Shown: positions 63,337 to 64,000 of the stretch, one piece after another
Layout of the letters: every line of letters starts with the position of its first letter
Position numbering within the stretch: position 1 is the stretch's first letter
Made by a program: the position numbers and the translations under genes
The notes under the pieces: model-generated
Database searches by the model: none
The model's input: only the letters and a program-made list of their open reading frames with translations
What the model was told of the DNA's origin: nothing
NCBI GenBank assembly: GCA_043228905.1
Contig: JBHGNT010000010.1
Span: 20,212,001-20,276,000, forward strand
From: Azolla caroliniana
Lineage: Eukaryota; Plantae; Polypodiophyta
Direction of reading: 5' to 3'
Length of the DNA: 64,000 nt

Positions 63337-64000
63337 TTTGAAGCTATGTAAGATCTGGAGAGCCAACCTTCAAAATTTGACCTCTCAACATAAAGCAAAA
63401 ACTTCTTTCTTGCATCAGGTATGTCCAATGCAAGATCATCTAAACTATCTCCAACTCTAGTGAAACCCTTCAACATCTGACTTGAGGTGATAAGACCTTC
63501 ATTAGAGCACTCTTGCAGTAGGACAAGTAGCTTGTCATTCTGCTTCTCCATTGCCATCACAAGGGCTTTTTTCACAACCTCATGGTGGAAAAATGGCATA
63601 TCAAGATCACGGATACACTGACAGGCCTCCAATACATCTCCACCAGCTTCATATTCTTCCAAGAGCTTCACAATTTTGTCTTTGGCATCCTCTACAGCCC
63701 AGCCTGATCCACCACCCCAACATCTCAATATCCTTTCACCAGCATGCCGAGCCACCAGAAGAGCTCTTGTAGTATTTACAATGTCAACACCAAGAGAGTT
63801 TGGCTTCATCTCTTCTTTAATCTCCTCCAAGTCTAGAGGAGCCAAAATATCATCGACCACAACTCGTGCTAAAAACAACGTGAGTATATTTGCTGCATCC
63901 GGTATGTCTAAGGCAGTATCATCAGCTGATTCGAGGAGTAATGAAAATGCTTTAGCAACATCCTCTGAAGTGATTAATTCTGCATACAAGGAAGATAGCA
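63300..64000 (-). CDS. MA3 domain-containing translation regulatory factor (MRF/PDCD4-like), 3'-terminal exon; gene continues beyond the window
   Basis: LLESADDTALDIPDAANILTLFLARVVVDDILAP..ARHAGERILRCWGGGSGWAVEDAKDKIVKLLEEYE..EACQCIRDLDMPFFHHEVVKKALVMAME..GLITSSQMLKGF..LDDLALDIPDA; stop at 63302-63300. Confidence 0.95.
   Translation of the reverse strand, partial: LSSLYAELITSEDVAKAFSLLLESADDTALDIPDAANILTLFLARVVVDDILAPLDLEEIKEEMKPNSLGVDIVNTTRALLVARHAGERILRCWGGGSGWAVEDAKDKIVKLLEEYEAGGDVLEACQCIRDLDMPFFHHEVVKKALVMAMEKQNDKLLVLLQECSNEGLITSSQMLKGFTRVGDSLDDLALDIPDARKKFLLYVERSNFEGWLSRSYIASNNWNESTGALPK

Noticed and set aside
1-64000. tRNA, rRNA or snoRNA genes
   Set aside because: None were recognisable by eye; tRNAscan-SE or Infernal would be needed to exclude them.

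Overview
Eukaryotic, AT-rich, intron-containing land-plant nuclear DNA, possibly a fern or other non-flowering plant (an impression only; the taxon cannot be fixed from the sequence). Hand splicing gives six complete protein-coding genes and one partial gene: plastid isopropylmalate isomerase large subunit (+), an At2g44870-like plastid membrane protein (+), a GH20 beta-hexosaminidase with a long N-terminal extension (-), an intronless double-Dabb (stress-responsive A/B barrel) gene (-), SUF4/ZNF207-like (-), a WAC-DDT ISWI-partner protein (+) and the 3' end of an MA3/PDCD4-type gene (-). Also present are a 3.07-kb internally deleted Ty1/copia element (both LTRs, PBS, PPT, GGGAT TSD) in SUF4 intron 1, degraded LINE and copia remnants, a decayed duplicate of the Dabb gene, and many short tandem duplications and microsatellites. 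The most notable details are a U12-type intron in the WAC-DDT gene and a probable GC-AG first intron in the isomerase gene that can fold back on itself. I found no CRISPR array, no prokaryote-type system and no convincing wholly new biological system. All identities and alignments were judged by eye.
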